Part shown: positions 1 through 13,790 of the stretch, piece by piece
Layout of the letters: each line of letters starts with the position of its first letter
How positions within the stretch are numbered: the stretch's first letter is position 1
Origin: Octopus vulgaris
Lineage: Eukaryota
Length of the DNA: 64,000 nucleotides
Assembly: GCA_951406725.2 (NCBI GenBank)
Contig: OX597819.1
Span: forward strand, 62,124,001-62,188,000
Direction of reading: 5' to 3'
Notes under the pieces: generated by a model
What the model was told of the DNA's origin: nothing
The model's input: only the letters and a program-made list of their open reading frames with translations
The model's database searches: none
Program-made: the position numbers and the translations under genes

Positions 1-719
1 AGTCTACTTGACATTGAGTACTCTCTGTAACTTCAGTTTATTTGTGGTATTGCTGTGTCTTTGAGAAATTTGCTTCACAACCATATGGCTTTGAATCTGA
101 TAGATGACACGACCCCTTGGTCACGTGACTCCTTTATAGCCTCCGGTCAACCAATATCACTTGGAACTATATGGAAGCTTTTGTGTGTTTGTTTTTTTGT
201 CTTTATGTATCTTTGTGCTGGCACTACTTGTGCAGCAGTGACATTTGTCATCCCATCTACAAAACATTCCGCTTGACAGTTTGATATGCAAAGACCATTG
301 GAATAAAGTATCTTATTTGAAAACAAGTAATAGAATGGTATCTAATAATAGATGACTGCCTTGTGAACTCTCCTCTTGCACATAGCAGTATGGAGGAATC
401 AGATGTAAAAATGCTCAGGAGTCATTTGCATCACCCCAGGCATGTCAGTATGGTTAAGAAGTTAACTTTGCAGCCTTGTACAGATGTGTTCTAGTAGTAC
501 AACCACAGGTTGACCATTGATATCTATGTAATTAGAATTTGATCATTACAAACTGCGTCTGGTGTTTGTTTTTGACCTTAAGAAAAAGAGATTTATTGAA
601 ATGAGTGCAAGATTAGTATAAGTACTGAGATGTGTATGACCAAACTGTTGAAGAAAATGTCCCTAACTTCAGTTAAATGACTGACACCAGTAAAATATAT
701 ATTAAACAGAATATATTAA

Positions 720-940
720 CCCTTGAGCATTTAATCTGGCCATATCCAACCCAGATATTCTACCTGTTTTATGTTCAAACTGGCCAGCTCTGGCCTCTCC
801 CATCTACCCAATATTTGTCATTCTAAACATAAACAGTAACATCACTGAAATCTGAAAATTGCGAAATAATACATGATTAATTCAAAATAATGTGAATAAA
901 TAAGCTTTACATTTGACAGAATAATCTGAATGCTAAAGGG
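720..940. mobile_element. piggyBac-type MITE, family A
   Basis: TTAA|CCCTTGAGCAT ... ATGCTAAAGGG|TTAA; homologous (reversed) to 21851 and 26309 copies. Confidence 0.8.
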
Positions 941-1173
941 TTAAAATATATTAATCTGTATTTTTCTGCATACAAAGAAGTCAATAAAAAATAATTGGCT
1001 CTTTTTATTCTAGTTTTAAGCAAGCCAGTTGAAACCATGTTAGGGCATGCTTGTTTTTGTTTTATAGAGAAAAAATGCACATGACCTTTTATTTTATCAA
1101 ATTGTTGTCCCATCATAAATTTATTCAGCTTGCATTTTTAATATCCTGTCATTTTCAATTCTTTTCAATATAG

Positions 1174-1324
1174 GTTTAGCCGAATTAGCACATCGTGAAT
1201 ACCAAGCAGGAGATTATGATAGTGCTGAACAACACTGTATGCAACTATGGAGGCAGGAGTCAGACAACACTGGTGTATTATTACTCTTGTCTTCTATACA
1301 CTTCCAGTGTAGAAGATTAGAAAA
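1174..1324 (+). CDS. OGT: OGT coding exon 1 of 21 in window (mammalian exon 2 equivalent; TPR region)
   Basis: tag| (G)[49 protein letters not shown](K) |gtaagt; matches the OGT N-terminus; start exon not in window. Confidence 0.96.
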
Positions 1325-4300
1325 GTAAGTATATACTCTTAGAACTAGTTTAAACTTACACAAGGGTTTATGAGTACATACTGTATATAATCTGCAAGAG
1401 ATTAGTTTTCATGGTTGTTGCTTCAAGGCTAATGCTATATATAGTTGAATTCATTATTGCTAATATTCAAATATGAATGGGAAAGATAGTTATTGAAAAT
1501 GGTTGCTGTTGAAATGTCAATTTGCTCAGCAACTTGACATTTCTGTTTTAGAGTTGTTTCTAATTTTTTTTTCTTTTCCTGGGGGATGGCTAGCTAAAGT
1601 GCCACAAAATATTTTGTCGCCATTTCTATAAACTTATTTCAGATGAGTAATTGAAAACAATTATTTAGGCTGTTTGATTAATTTTCTTGTATGTATGTGT
1701 GTGTGTACACACACAGTATTCTCTTGACTATCGCAGGTGTTGTGCCCCCCCCCCCTGCAATTGGTGAAAATCTGCAAAGTAGAAACGGCTACTGTACTGT
1801 ATATTCTTATTATTTTTATAATTTGTATATATTTATTTTTTTATTATTGCAAAACACTACCATGGAGGAATCAATGAAAGCTTAAATAATAAACTGCAAT
1901 ATGACAAGGGATTACTCTATATAAAACTAGTAATAAAGCTAAGGTTTAATGATAGCATTATACAATGATATACAAATTGTCCAACCCATGCTAGCATGGA
2001 AAACGGACGATGATAATGATGAGCTAATTCTCTATTATATTCACTTAACTGTATCTTTTCCTTGTCCTTATAAGTATGGAAATAGAAGATAACATGGCCT
2101 AACAAGAATAGATGCATCATCATTTTTGTCTGCTTTTCCATGTTGTCATGGATTAGATAGGTTATCGTGGGCTGAGTCAGTTTCCACGGAGATTATTGGG
2201 GCCTTATTTTGCTTATATATTCCATTTTGGGGATGGTTTCTATAGTTAGATGTTTTTCATGTACTGGGCGGATTTTATCACAGCACCAGAAAAGTTTTTT
2301 TTTTCCCCCTTCTATGAGTAAATAATATTCTCCTCTATACAATATCTCCATTCAAGGCAACATGGTTGTGTGGATAAAGAGTGATGGGAAAGGGAATAAG
2401 GGTGAGAGGGTATGATGGGGGAAGTAGTGGTGTAGGTAAGGTGACTGAAGGAGTAATGGAAGAGGCAATGATTGACAGCTATATGTTGTTGGTAAGGAGA
2501 TTGAATAAAAAAGTACAAGTGTGATTGATATAAAGATAATATTGGAAGAGAGAGTTATGGAAATCAGAGAGGCTGAAGGTAGTGTTATATGTCTGCCATG
2601 AATAATGTATTAGGAAGTTACTTTGAGAGAGATGGATAACAATAATGGGAGTGTGACGATGTCAGTAATAAGTGATTTTAGAGGAAGTAACGCGAGTGTG
2701 ATGGGTAGCTATGAAGAGAGAGTAATAGATGTCAGTGACGGGAGGGCGAAAGTGATGGCTAGCGATAAAGAAGGGTGAATGATGGAAATGCATTTGAACA
2801 CAGATTCAATGCCATTTTGGCATAATACAATGGTAGAAAATAAATGAATGCTTTTTTTTTTAATTTTAAAATTAATGAAGAATTTCAGTGCTTTGTGAAA
2901 TAAGCATTTATATATGCACATACATGGCTGTATGATTAAGAAGATTACTTTCCAGCTATGTGGTTTTTGGTTCCATTCCACTGCACAGCATCTTGGACAA
3001 GTCATCATTGTTTAACATCTGCCTTCCATGCTGGCATGGGTAGGATGGTTTGACAGGAGCTGGCCAAGCAAAAGCCTGTACCATATTTCTTTACAGTTGG
3101 ATGCTCTTAACATCAACCACTCAGCAAGTTGACTTAGTGCTTTTTATGTGGCATGGGCGAGGTCAGTTTTGGCAAGGTTTTTACAGCTGGATGCTGTAAA
3201 TGCTGAGAGAGAGAGAGAGAGAGAGGGAGACTGCAGACATTGGCAAAAGGCAACATTTTTTGATAGAGGTCAAATCAATTTAAAGGACCTCAGTTCACAA
3301 CTGCCCAAGAGAGACAAAAAGCAAAGCTGCAGGATTGTAACAAAATTCTGAAAAGCATTTTCTCATGTTCTGCCATTGAAGCTATCCTCTTACATAATTT
3401 CTATTAATCAAGTGTTTAGTTTCAACTTTTGCTGGTCAAAAAAGAACAAATTCTAAAGGGATGGTTAGACACTAAAAAATATTGAGCAGAGGAATGAGAA
3501 AGGAGTTAGAGTTATAGAAGGGATGATGAAAAGACAAAACTTTAAGCTCTGAGTGGGAGTAGAATGGAGTTTACTAGTTGGGAGAAGAGATGGATCATAT
3601 ATATGTGGGAATTGCTACAGGCTGACTAAAGGCTTTTGAGAGGATTTTGTAGACAGAAACTGAAAGAAACCTGTTGAGTGTGTGGCTTGTGTGCAAGATT
3701 GTGTCTGTCTGTCTCTGTTGGAAGTTGTAAATGAGTGTCATTCATCTCCAGTGTTCTACAGAAACCTGTTTGCCAACAAGAAGGGCATTTGGCTGTAAAA
3801 AAATCTGCCTCCGTAAGCTCTCTCCAGCCCATGCAACCATGGCAAAATAGATGTTAAAACAATGATTATCTAAGCTGGTGTTTATAATACAATATAAAGT
3901 ATTTTTACAAATATCTATTATGGTGCTGTTGACTATTAATATATTATGCTAAAGAAATTTAATTTATATTAAACATTTCAATATAAGTGGTTTTAAGAGT
4001 TTGTATCAGAGAGCTAGGGTAGATTGGTTGTATGGACTGTGGTTTGTTGGTATTGAATGGGTAATCTTTTGAACAATTTCTTTTAGTTTCCATCCCATTT
4101 TGTGTGTGTGTATGTTTATTTCCTACCTCTATTTGACAACTGATGTTGGTTTGTTTACATTCTCATAACTTAGTGATTCAACGTACTGGAGTCAGTTTGT
4201 TTGACTAAACCCAAGGCAGTGCCCCAGCATGGGAATGGTCTAATGACTGAAACAAGTAAAAAAAAAAGATAAAATAGGCACTATTGCAAAAGGAAAGATA

Positions 4301-4384
4301 TAATGTTATAAAATAGCTTTTGTGTTTTTGTCTTTGAGTAAAGTACATCATCCAGCTAATTAAAGCTTTTGTTTTCCTTTGCAG

Positions 4385-4628
4385 ATCAGCTTATTTTAGT
4401 CAACTAGCTATAAAACAGAATCCAATGTTAGCTGAAGCATATTCAAATTTAGGCAATGTCTACAAAGAACGAGCTCAGTTGCAAGACGCTTTAGAAAATT
4501 ACCGCCATGCTGTTCGGTTAAAACCTGATTTCATTGATGGCTATATCAATCTAGCAGCTGCCTTGGTCGCCGCTGGAGACATGGAGCAAGCAGTGCAGGC
4601 GTACGTTACAGCATTACAGTATAATCCT
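4385..4628 (+). CDS. OGT: OGT exon (TPR)
   Basis: cag| [29 protein letters not shown]...ALQYNP |gtaagt; phase fits previous exon. Confidence 0.97.
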
Positions 4629-5041
4629 GTAAGTATATGCAGTTTTTTTTCTTTTTTCGTTTTTTATTAGCTTTCCTGCAACATCTATTTATCTCCTGTA
4701 TATAAGGTGTTGTGACTAGATTATTTACTGTTGTATAACAGTGTGGCTAAAAGAGGTGCAGGCATGACTGTGTGGTTAGGTTCACTTACCAAGCTTGTAA
4801 CTTTGGGTTCAGTCCTACCATGCATACACCTTGAGCAAGGACCAAATCCTTGGGTGTAGTTTTGAAAAAAGCTCAGGAGTATGTGTATATATATAGGCAC
4901 AGGAATGGCTGTGTGGTTTAAGATTTCCCAACCATATGGTTTCAGGCTCCATTTCACTGTGTAGTACCTTGGGCAAGTGTTTAGTATTATAACCCAGGTT
5001 GATCAGAACTTTGAGTGGGTTTGGCTGATGGAAACTGAATG

Positions 5042-5102
<61 letters not shown>

Positions 5103-5449
5103 TATATAATACAAGGTATGGGGGTTTAGTTCACAGGTGATCTAAACGATTAGGTACACTAGGTAAGTACTGTAATGGATTACTGGGGCTCCAAGGTTAT
5201 AGCTGAGATGGTAGTTATGGAACCATTGCAGATATTTTGTAAAAGCAAGTGACTCAAGGGCCTAGAGTTTAGTGTGTTGGCACTTATCAAACTGGTTACA
5301 AATTGAAGAGCTGTGAATTTATATATTTAAATCCACAGCTCTTAGTTCTGTAACTAGTTAGATACGCATCAACACACTAAACTCTTGGCCCTAGAGCTGC
5401 TTCTGCTAAATATTAAAAATATACATGTACTCATATTTTGAGGTGTGTA

Positions 5450-5774
5450 TCTCTCTATATATAAACGGCAAAATGTCTGTGTGTGTCCTTTATACAAATC
5501 CACAATTTTTCAGTTAGAGGGTGGTCAAGCACATCTTTACGTTTCCCCAGTCACCCCGCAAAGCCATTAAAAAAATCAATAGAAGTGACTTTTTTGTGAA
5601 TTTCCTATCCAAAACCCAATCAAAATGCCCGAAACTTGATACGCCAATTGAATGCCAGCTAGCTGTATGTGATTGATCAGAGATTTGGACAGTACTCGCG
5701 TGTATGTGTGCACGCACGCAGCTGTATATGCATGCACTAGCACTATGACCTGGCAACGCCGGGTCATAGTGCTA

Positions 5775-5775
<1 letters not shown>
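5450..5775 (+). mobile_element. Non-autonomous Helitron-like element
   Basis: A|TC start, subterminal GC-rich hairpin GACCTGGC-AAC-GCCGGGTC, CTAG|T end, no TSD. Confidence 0.65.
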
Positions 5776-5804
<29 letters not shown>

Positions 5805-5808
<4 letters not shown>

Positions 5809-6470
5809 TCATCATCATTTAGCGTCTGCTTTCCATGCTAGCATGGGTTGGACGGTTCAACTGGGGTCTGTGAAGCCAGAAGGCTGCATCAGGCCCAGTC
5901 TGATCTGGCAGTGTTTCTATGGCTGGATGCCCTTCCTAACGCCAACCACTCCGTGAGTGTAGTGGGTGCTTTTTATGTGCCAGACGGAGCTGGCAAACGG
6001 CCATGAACGGATGGTGCTTTTACATGCCACCGGCACGGGGGTCAGGCGAGGCTGGCAACAGACACGAACGGATGGTGCTTTTACGTGCCACTGGCACGGG
6101 GGCCAGGCGAGGCTGGCAACGGACACAAGCGGATGGTGCTTTTACGTGCCACCGGCACGGGGGCCAGGCAAGGCTGGCAATGGACACGAACGGATGGTGC
6201 TTTTTACGTGCCACCGGCACAAGGCCAGTCGGGGCGGCGCTGGCAACGGTCACAAACGGATGGTTCTCTTACGTGCCACCGGTACTGGTAACTCAGCTGC
6301 AATTTCCATTGATCGATTTCGATTCTGATCCTCACTTGCCTCAACAGGTCTTCACAAGTAGAGTTTTGTGTCCCAAAAAGGGAAGGTATGCATACGTAGG
6401 CTGGCTCCATCCCATGTAGAAGGCCACGGGTTATGGTCTCACTTCTTTTGCCGGGTCTTCTCGCGCACAG
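5805..6470 (-). mobile_element. Retroelement 3' end (RTE-like LINE/SINE tail) with internal 61-62 bp tandem repeats
   Basis: (GAT)n tail, shared AACCCATGCTAGCATGGAAAG terminal motif, about five imperfect repeat units at 5965-6290. Confidence 0.75.
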
Positions 6471-7059
6471 TATATATATACTTGTTTGAATTGCTTTGTC
6501 TTCACATTGCCTGATAGTTTGTAAATGTGTACCACCATCATCATATGAGCAGTGTCATTCATTTTCAATCGGCATAGACACTTGCTAGGCTATGGGGACA
6601 ATTATCTTGCTTGGAAACAGGTAGCATCTGCCAACTAGAACAGCACCTGACCATAGAAAATGTGCCTCAAAGAATTCCATCCTATGCTTGCAAGCATTAA
6701 AAAAATACCCTGATGGCATATGTATACAAATGCATCTGTTTACAATTGCACTTGTTTGTATGAAAGTCACATTGCTTGAATGGTAGTGTTGGCACTTCTC
6801 AATAAATTGTCTATTTTCTTTGTGCCTTGTATGCTGTGTAGATTGAGAAATCTCAAGAACAGTCGAAGGTTAGTATTAGGAAGGGTGTCATCTAATCCAT
6901 GCCAACATGGAGGAATGGACAAAACGGTTAAGCTAATTTTGAATATCAGTGTTACATAGTTAAATTTTTCAGTATGTATCCATGCACACAGATTTTAATA
7001 TTTTGCTGCTAATATTGTTTCTTGGATTTTAAAACCCTGTTTTGTTTTTATCATTACAG

Positions 7060-7128
7060 GATTTGTATTGTGTACGGAGTGACCTGGGTAACTTGCTCAA
7101 GGCATTGGGGCGATTGGATGAGGCAAAG
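7060..7128 (+). CDS. OGT: OGT exon (69 nt; mammalian exon 4 equivalent)
   Basis: cag| [23 protein letters not shown] |gtaaaa. Confidence 0.96.
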
Positions 7129-8302
7129 GTAAAATATGTACTTCCTGTGTCATGAAAATTTTACTCCACACCTATATTTTGTGTAAATAAATCTATATAT
7201 TACATATGTGTATATAGATATGTCTGAGTGCATATATATAAACATATATATATAAATATATTTATGTATTTATATATATGTGTGTGTGTACATATATGTA
7301 TGTATGTATGTCTGAGATTGACTGTCAATCTTTTCTTTTCCTTTGTAATATACAATATTGTAGATATGGGATCAATTTATCCATTTAACTGTCTCAAAGA
7401 TGTTAAACCATCCTTTGTCAAATCTATTTAATAAGTTTTTATCTTCTGTCAGAAGACTGCAGTGTGGTCATGTTGATTTTCCCGGGATTCCCTGTTTTTC
7501 TAGATGATGAGCTGCGGCTTGAACATATCTGGACATTTTGTTTCTTTTTAAAAATTCAAACAAAAAAATGAACACATTACTTATTTTATTATTTTTTTTG
7601 TTTGAATTTTTACCTGAAATTGCTTTCGATTTCCTTATCATCCTCATTTACTTTGATCAGTTAGACCCTCCAAATAAAAGCCAAATTAAAATTGTGTTTC
7701 ATAATTGTATATTTCACATTTGAAAAATGGAAATTTCCTTTAGAATTAGTACTTATTTCTACTTTTGTATTGCTAAGCAGATATGAATCCAATCTCAACA
7801 GATATTGATGGCAGGTATTCCAACTTGATAAAAATTAGCTCAGCTCGTAGTCATGTTTTATAAATAGAAACCCAATAAAGCATTTTATCATGCAATATAT
7901 AAAACTGTTTTCTCAAACTAATTTTTTTCTAAAATATGAGAATCCACGATAGTGTGAAAAACAGTTAATTGAAATTTCTGCTTGCTCTATTTATAACAGT
8001 TGCAGTTATAAATAGAGCATAGGTAACAGCTTAGGTATCAAATGTATTTTGTTAGAGAAGGCTTTTAGATGTAAAGCAAAATATTTCTTGATAATTTGCT
8101 TGTCAGCTATTGTATAGCTAATGAATTTAGAGGGAGAGCTAAACCTAGAAAGATTTGTAGAATAAAGGTTTCAAACCACTGTGTTCTTTACAAATGGAGA
8201 GGCATCCTTATCACTACATTTGAACAGGTCTACTTTGAACCAGCACTAGACCATAATCTTTTGATTAATCATTCTTGTTAAAGAAAATTAAATCATTTTT
8301 AA

Positions 8303-8499
8303 CCCCTTTGTTACCCTGTTTTTTTGAAACACTCATGCTTTGTTTCAATTAATTTTGGAAATAATGAATACGTTATTAAAATAACTTGGTCGTTATTAAA
8401 GCTGTTGTTTGGGACATAAATTAGTATGAAATTCTGATGGAAGGTTTTAGATTATTTTAAAACAATTTGTTTTATAAAGGCAGGTTGATATCTAAAGGG
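8303..8499. mobile_element. piggyBac-type MITE, second family
   Basis: TTAA|CCCCTTTGTTACC ... GATATCTAAAGGG|TTAA. Confidence 0.65.
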
Positions 8500-11400
8500 T
8501 TAAGTTTGTATGTGTATAGTGGGGAAAGCGGAAAACTGCATGTAGCTTATGTTATAGTTGAAACATCATGTAAGTGTTTGATGTGTGTGTGTGTGTCTAT
8601 ATATACACTCGCATGCATTATTAAACTAAGTTGATAGGCTTACATTAGTTTTATTTGAAATTTAATGATGATAAATCATCTAAAAATGATCAGGCTAACT
8701 GACTGTTGGTTTTTCAATAATTAATTAGCAGGTTAATCTGTTGATTCAGTAAGGGTTTTTTTTTTCATTTGCATGCTGAAATTTATACCTTGCATATTAA
8801 TTAGATTTAATATCTTATTTAAATGGGGCAACGAACCTGCTCTCTCTAATCCATATTTGGCTTGATCTAGCATTTTGTTTATGCTGTCATGTGGGGATAT
8901 ATATTTTATATACTAGTGTTTGAAATTTTGATCTTAGCCATGTAGAGAAGTAAATAAGATATTAACTTTGTTAGTTTAGCATTGAACAGCCATTTTGTAC
9001 TTTTGCTATGTTACCTTCTACCTCTGTTGACAAGTAAGGGAAACAGAAGTTCTCGTTCAGTGGTGCATTACCACTCGCATGAAATGAACTTGTAACTTCA
9101 GCAAATGTTTTATTAATTTTATAATTGAAAACCCTTTATATTTTTCCCTTAAAGTGGAATTGTTAAAATGATCCATTGCATTGAAACATAAAGTATTTCT
9201 TTTATGATCTTGTAAAACAGAATATTCTCTTATGAAATACACCTGAATTTTTTTTTCTTTGTCATTTTCTTCCTATATTTGATTTCCCCTTTTGAAAGAT
9301 CCTTGCTTCTCCAAGAAATGTTCTGTTGATTAATTTTTTTCCAAACTTTTCTTTGAGATACAGGCTAACCTTTTCCCCTCCCTTTCTACCTAAATCTTCA
9401 CGCGTTTTGTCCTGAGGGATAGGGGAAAAATACCACAAAACAATCTAGACTTTCCCAGGAGAATCAATGACCACTCTGCAACCTTAAAATTTTGAGATTC
9501 ACAGGAAGGAAGTTCAGGCTGGTCGTGGTTCCCTCACATACTGGTTCTAAACTTAAATTCAAAATAAAATCTTTTCCAAATTTCTGAATGTTTTAAAACT
9601 TCAGCTGCAATCATATTATGTATATATTTTTGCCTGAAGTTTTTCTGATTTAAGTGACCAACTTTTGTTTGATAAAGCCTTTTGTCTTTAATTTAGAATC
9701 TTCTACCATAAAAATGTTTTTGTATCATAATTGCTTTATCAAAATAAAAAACAACAACAAAACCCCCCAAATTCCAATAAAATTTTCAAGCTTTTAGTAT
9801 CCAGTATGTATGTGCACTCTGAGCCAGCCTTAACTTCCAATCATTGCTATCATATGTTATGAAAGCTGGAACCCCTGCCAGTTAACCCCAACACCATTTA
9901 AAAGATTATACTGCAGGATGCTGAATGAAGCCAACTACTACTACTATTACTCAATGGAGTGTGAACTGTTTGCATTGCAGCACTTGCTGTTTAATATTGA
10001 GGGAGAAAGCAAGGCTTGAACTAGTCTTGTTAATACTGCCACAATGTCAGTCAGGATCCAATTGCTCCCACTGTTATTTATATTAGGACACAATTTATAA
10101 ATTTAGTTGTCACATGTCTTTAATTTAATGTCAATGCTTTCTAAAGAAAAGAGAAAAGGACTTGGCAGCGCCTCTTAAAATTCATCTAAGAAACTGCATG
10201 GGAAAAAAAAAATATATATTTATATAAGAAAAAAAGACTTGGAAATAAATATTTTCCTTAGAATTAAAAAGAAAAAATATTGCAATTGTAATGTCTAGTC
10301 TTCTGTTGTCATTACATCACATTGCTTAGTTCCTGTGATTTATATTGTTCTTGTAGTATAATGACAATTATCTGTAGAGGCATATCTACTTCTCTTTTCT
10401 GTATATGGTTCCCATAGTGCATTTTTTTACACTCTTTGTACTCTTTGCCAATTTATCTATTTTACTGTTACTACTTATTACCACTACTACTACTATTGCT
10501 ACTTTTTTAACTACAACTAGTAAATGTGCGCGCTTTTAAGTTCTTGTTATGTCGTCAATCTGTAAGCTATTTTGTGTCTAAAATGAAAAACCAAAAGTAC
10601 GAAAGTATATGGAACACATGTGCTAAACATTTTAAAACTTTTTTAAAGCTTAGAATTTTTAGAAATACACATTTTCCTTTTTTTTTTCCCTCCTTTTTTT
10701 CCGTCTGTCTCTTGAGTCGGTATATAATACAGCAATACCATCCTGGCTACATTGTGCAGTATATTTACATTGACAAAGGATTGTTTAACTGCTTTAGGGA
10801 TAGATAAGATACTTTATTGTTTTGTAAAAAAATTAAGTTCAAATCACTACAGGACAATGTTTATTGAATGTGTAAGACTTCCAGTTACAAATAATCAAAT
10901 GATGCAACATTTTGTTTATCCTTTTGAATAAATTTTTGATTTCATATTCTTTTTAAAAATTGGTCAGAACAGTGGAGATGGCTGAAGCAGCAGACTGCCA
11001 AGTTGATGCTTTGATGTAATCAGTTTGGTACCTCACTGTTCTAAGTTCAAATCCCAATTGGACTGACTTTTTTTTTGCATTCTTTGAGATGAAATTGACC
11101 CTTACAATTTATTGGTGTACTTAATTCAACAAATTTTTCCCATCCCAAAAATGTGCCTGATTCCTGAATGAATTCTGATTATGACAACTGTAGGAGGTAC
11201 CAATAATGATATTGTTAAATGTTTACTTTACTATTATATTAGTCTGCTATTTTGAAAGGTAATCATAATGAAAATTTAAATCTTAAAAATTGAATACTTA
11301 TTTAATTTATAAATTTGAAATATTTTATATCAGTAAAATATACTTTATGTATTTATATATGGAAAAAACAAATTAGTTTGAGTGGGATACAAATTTCAGT

Positions 11401-11842
11401 ATGGAGCCAGCCTACATATGCATACTTTCCCTTCTTGGGACACAAAACTCTACTTGTGAAAACCTGTTGAGGCAAGTGAGGATCAGAATCGAAATCGATC
11501 AATGGAAATTGCAGACGTGTTACCAGTGCCGGTGGCATGTGAGAGAACCTTCCGTTTCGCAACCGTTGCCAGCGCCGCCCCGACTGGCCTTGTGCTGGTG
11601 GCACGTAAAAAGCACCATCCGTTCGTGGCCGTTTGCCAGCTCTGTCTGGCACCTGTGCGGGTGGCACGTAAAAAGCACCCATACACTCACGGAGTGGTTG
11701 GCGTTAGGAAGGGCATCCAGCCGTATAAACACTGCCAGATTTGACTGGGCCTGATGAAGCCATCTGACTTCACAGACCCCAGTAGAACCGTCCAACCCAT
11801 GCTAGCATGGAAAATGGACGCTAAACGATGATGATGATGATA
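11401..11842 (+). mobile_element. Same retroelement family, opposite orientation to 5805-6470
   Basis: Near-identical reverse complement of 5805-6410 with fewer repeat units; (GAT)n tail. Confidence 0.78.
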
Positions 11843-13790
11843 GCAATCATGCAGGCACATGTCCAATTTATATAAGAATATTCCACATTCTACAGACATC
11901 TCTTTGTGGAAAAACTGTTTTGATTTTAGCTGTAAAGCAGTTTAGTTTGATTTGAGTTACAAGATGGACCTGCATATTTAGAGCTCTACTAAAATAAATT
12001 TAGTGAGTAAAATCATAGGACAAATGCCACTCTTAAGTTTTGATGATTCTTTCGGTTAACTTGTTGTTTAATGGTCTTTTAAGAATTGTTCCAATTGTCT
12101 TCATATATGTAGGATTTATATTGCACCAATGTGGGTCTGTTAAAGGTCATCATTTAATGCTTGTCATGTTATATTTCCATTTACAACCTTATTACATAAG
12201 ATGTGAATCAGCTGCTTACTTGGTGTCCGAAGCAGATGTTTTAATGCAGTTGTAGATTTGTCCTAATTTTATGTCAACTTTCCATTCTGGGATGGGTTCC
12301 ATGTCTCATGTCCAAGTCAGTGATTATTTGGAGATACTTCTCCCTCAAAGACAAGTTGAAAGACCATTTCATTTTTGGTTGCAGCTGGATGCCCTTCATT
12401 CATTGACCACTTTACCATGTCTACCAGATGTATTGTGGGACTCACACTAATCTTCATTACTCTGTAATTTGTTTGTTCACTCAAGATAACAGGTGTTGTG
12501 AAGGTAACTACAAGAGTGATGGCAAACGGTGAACCAGGCTGGGTCAGTGAAAGTTGCAGGAGTGTGATGTTAAGAGAGACGAGGTAGTAGAAGAGGAAAG
12601 TATGATGGATAGAGGTGGGCAATGACGAGTGATGGGTATCAATAGCAAATGGCTTCTGGGGAGAGAGAGTGAGTGATGATTGGTAGTGCAGAAAGGGTGT
12701 TCTGGGGTTGTATCAGGTACTGCCAGAAAAAGAGTAAATAGTCTAGTAATTTAGATGAAGCTGATGTAAACTTGGCATGGAAATATTGGTAGAGACCTGT
12801 GTATGTGTAACTAACACACACACACACACACACACACTATATATATATATATGCATACAGGTAGCTTATATCTTCTAACCACCATTGTTTTTGACATTTC
12901 ACCTTGCTTGCACAAGTGGACAGACCTTCTCTGGCACTGCAGGTTGCCAAGCATGTTAGTTCTTTGTCATCTACATGGATCTAACCATCAGTCTTCATAT
13001 TATCCCATATTGTGTTTTTCTATAGGTTCCATCCACTTTGAGTGCCCTACATTTCTTCGTACAACTTTCGTCTTAATACATTGTATATCCACACCAGCAT
13101 CTGTCATACTCTACATCTGATATTTTTAATATCTAGTTTGCCACACAACTCATTTGCACTCTGTTCATGCATAACACATCTGTCAGAGCATGCTTGCTTC
13201 AATTCTTTTTAGTCTTCCCTTTAAGTTTTCTGCTTTAAGAGCTCGCATCAGTGTGAGTACACAAGTGTCATAAAAATTTGCCTTTGACTCTGAAAAAGAT
13301 GCCCTTTGTAACTCCCACAGTCAATAGCTCCTTGAACTTTCCAACTTGTTTAGCCCTGGCTACTACACTTTTGCACTTACCTTCATTGTTAATTTGGTCA
13401 CCAAAATTACAGACTACTTCTAGAGAGCCTTCTGGGACTTTCAGAATCTGTTTCCTGAGTGCGCTGTTCCTGAAAATCTACTTGATAATATTTTATAGAA
13501 TTTGAGCATTTTGAGCAAACCTATATGAAAACAAATATCAAAGCTGCTTTTCATATCAAAAATACTGTTTTGGATAAAGTTAAAAGTTTAAAGCTCTGTC
13601 TTTGGAATTAATGTTGAGTTGCATCAATCACTTTCCAAAAAGCATACAAGAGCACTAAAACTACATGCCAGAAGTTAATTTTAAAATATTTTTTAATTGA
13701 TCAGTACAAGATTCTATAGCAACTAAATGTACAAGTCAATAAAATACATTTTATAAGTATAATCACCAAATATTTTGTGATAGCTGTTAA

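Noticed and set aside
5917-6419. Several 70-138 aa ORFs on both strands
   Set aside because: By-products of the GC-rich tandem units of the retroelement; no domain similarity.
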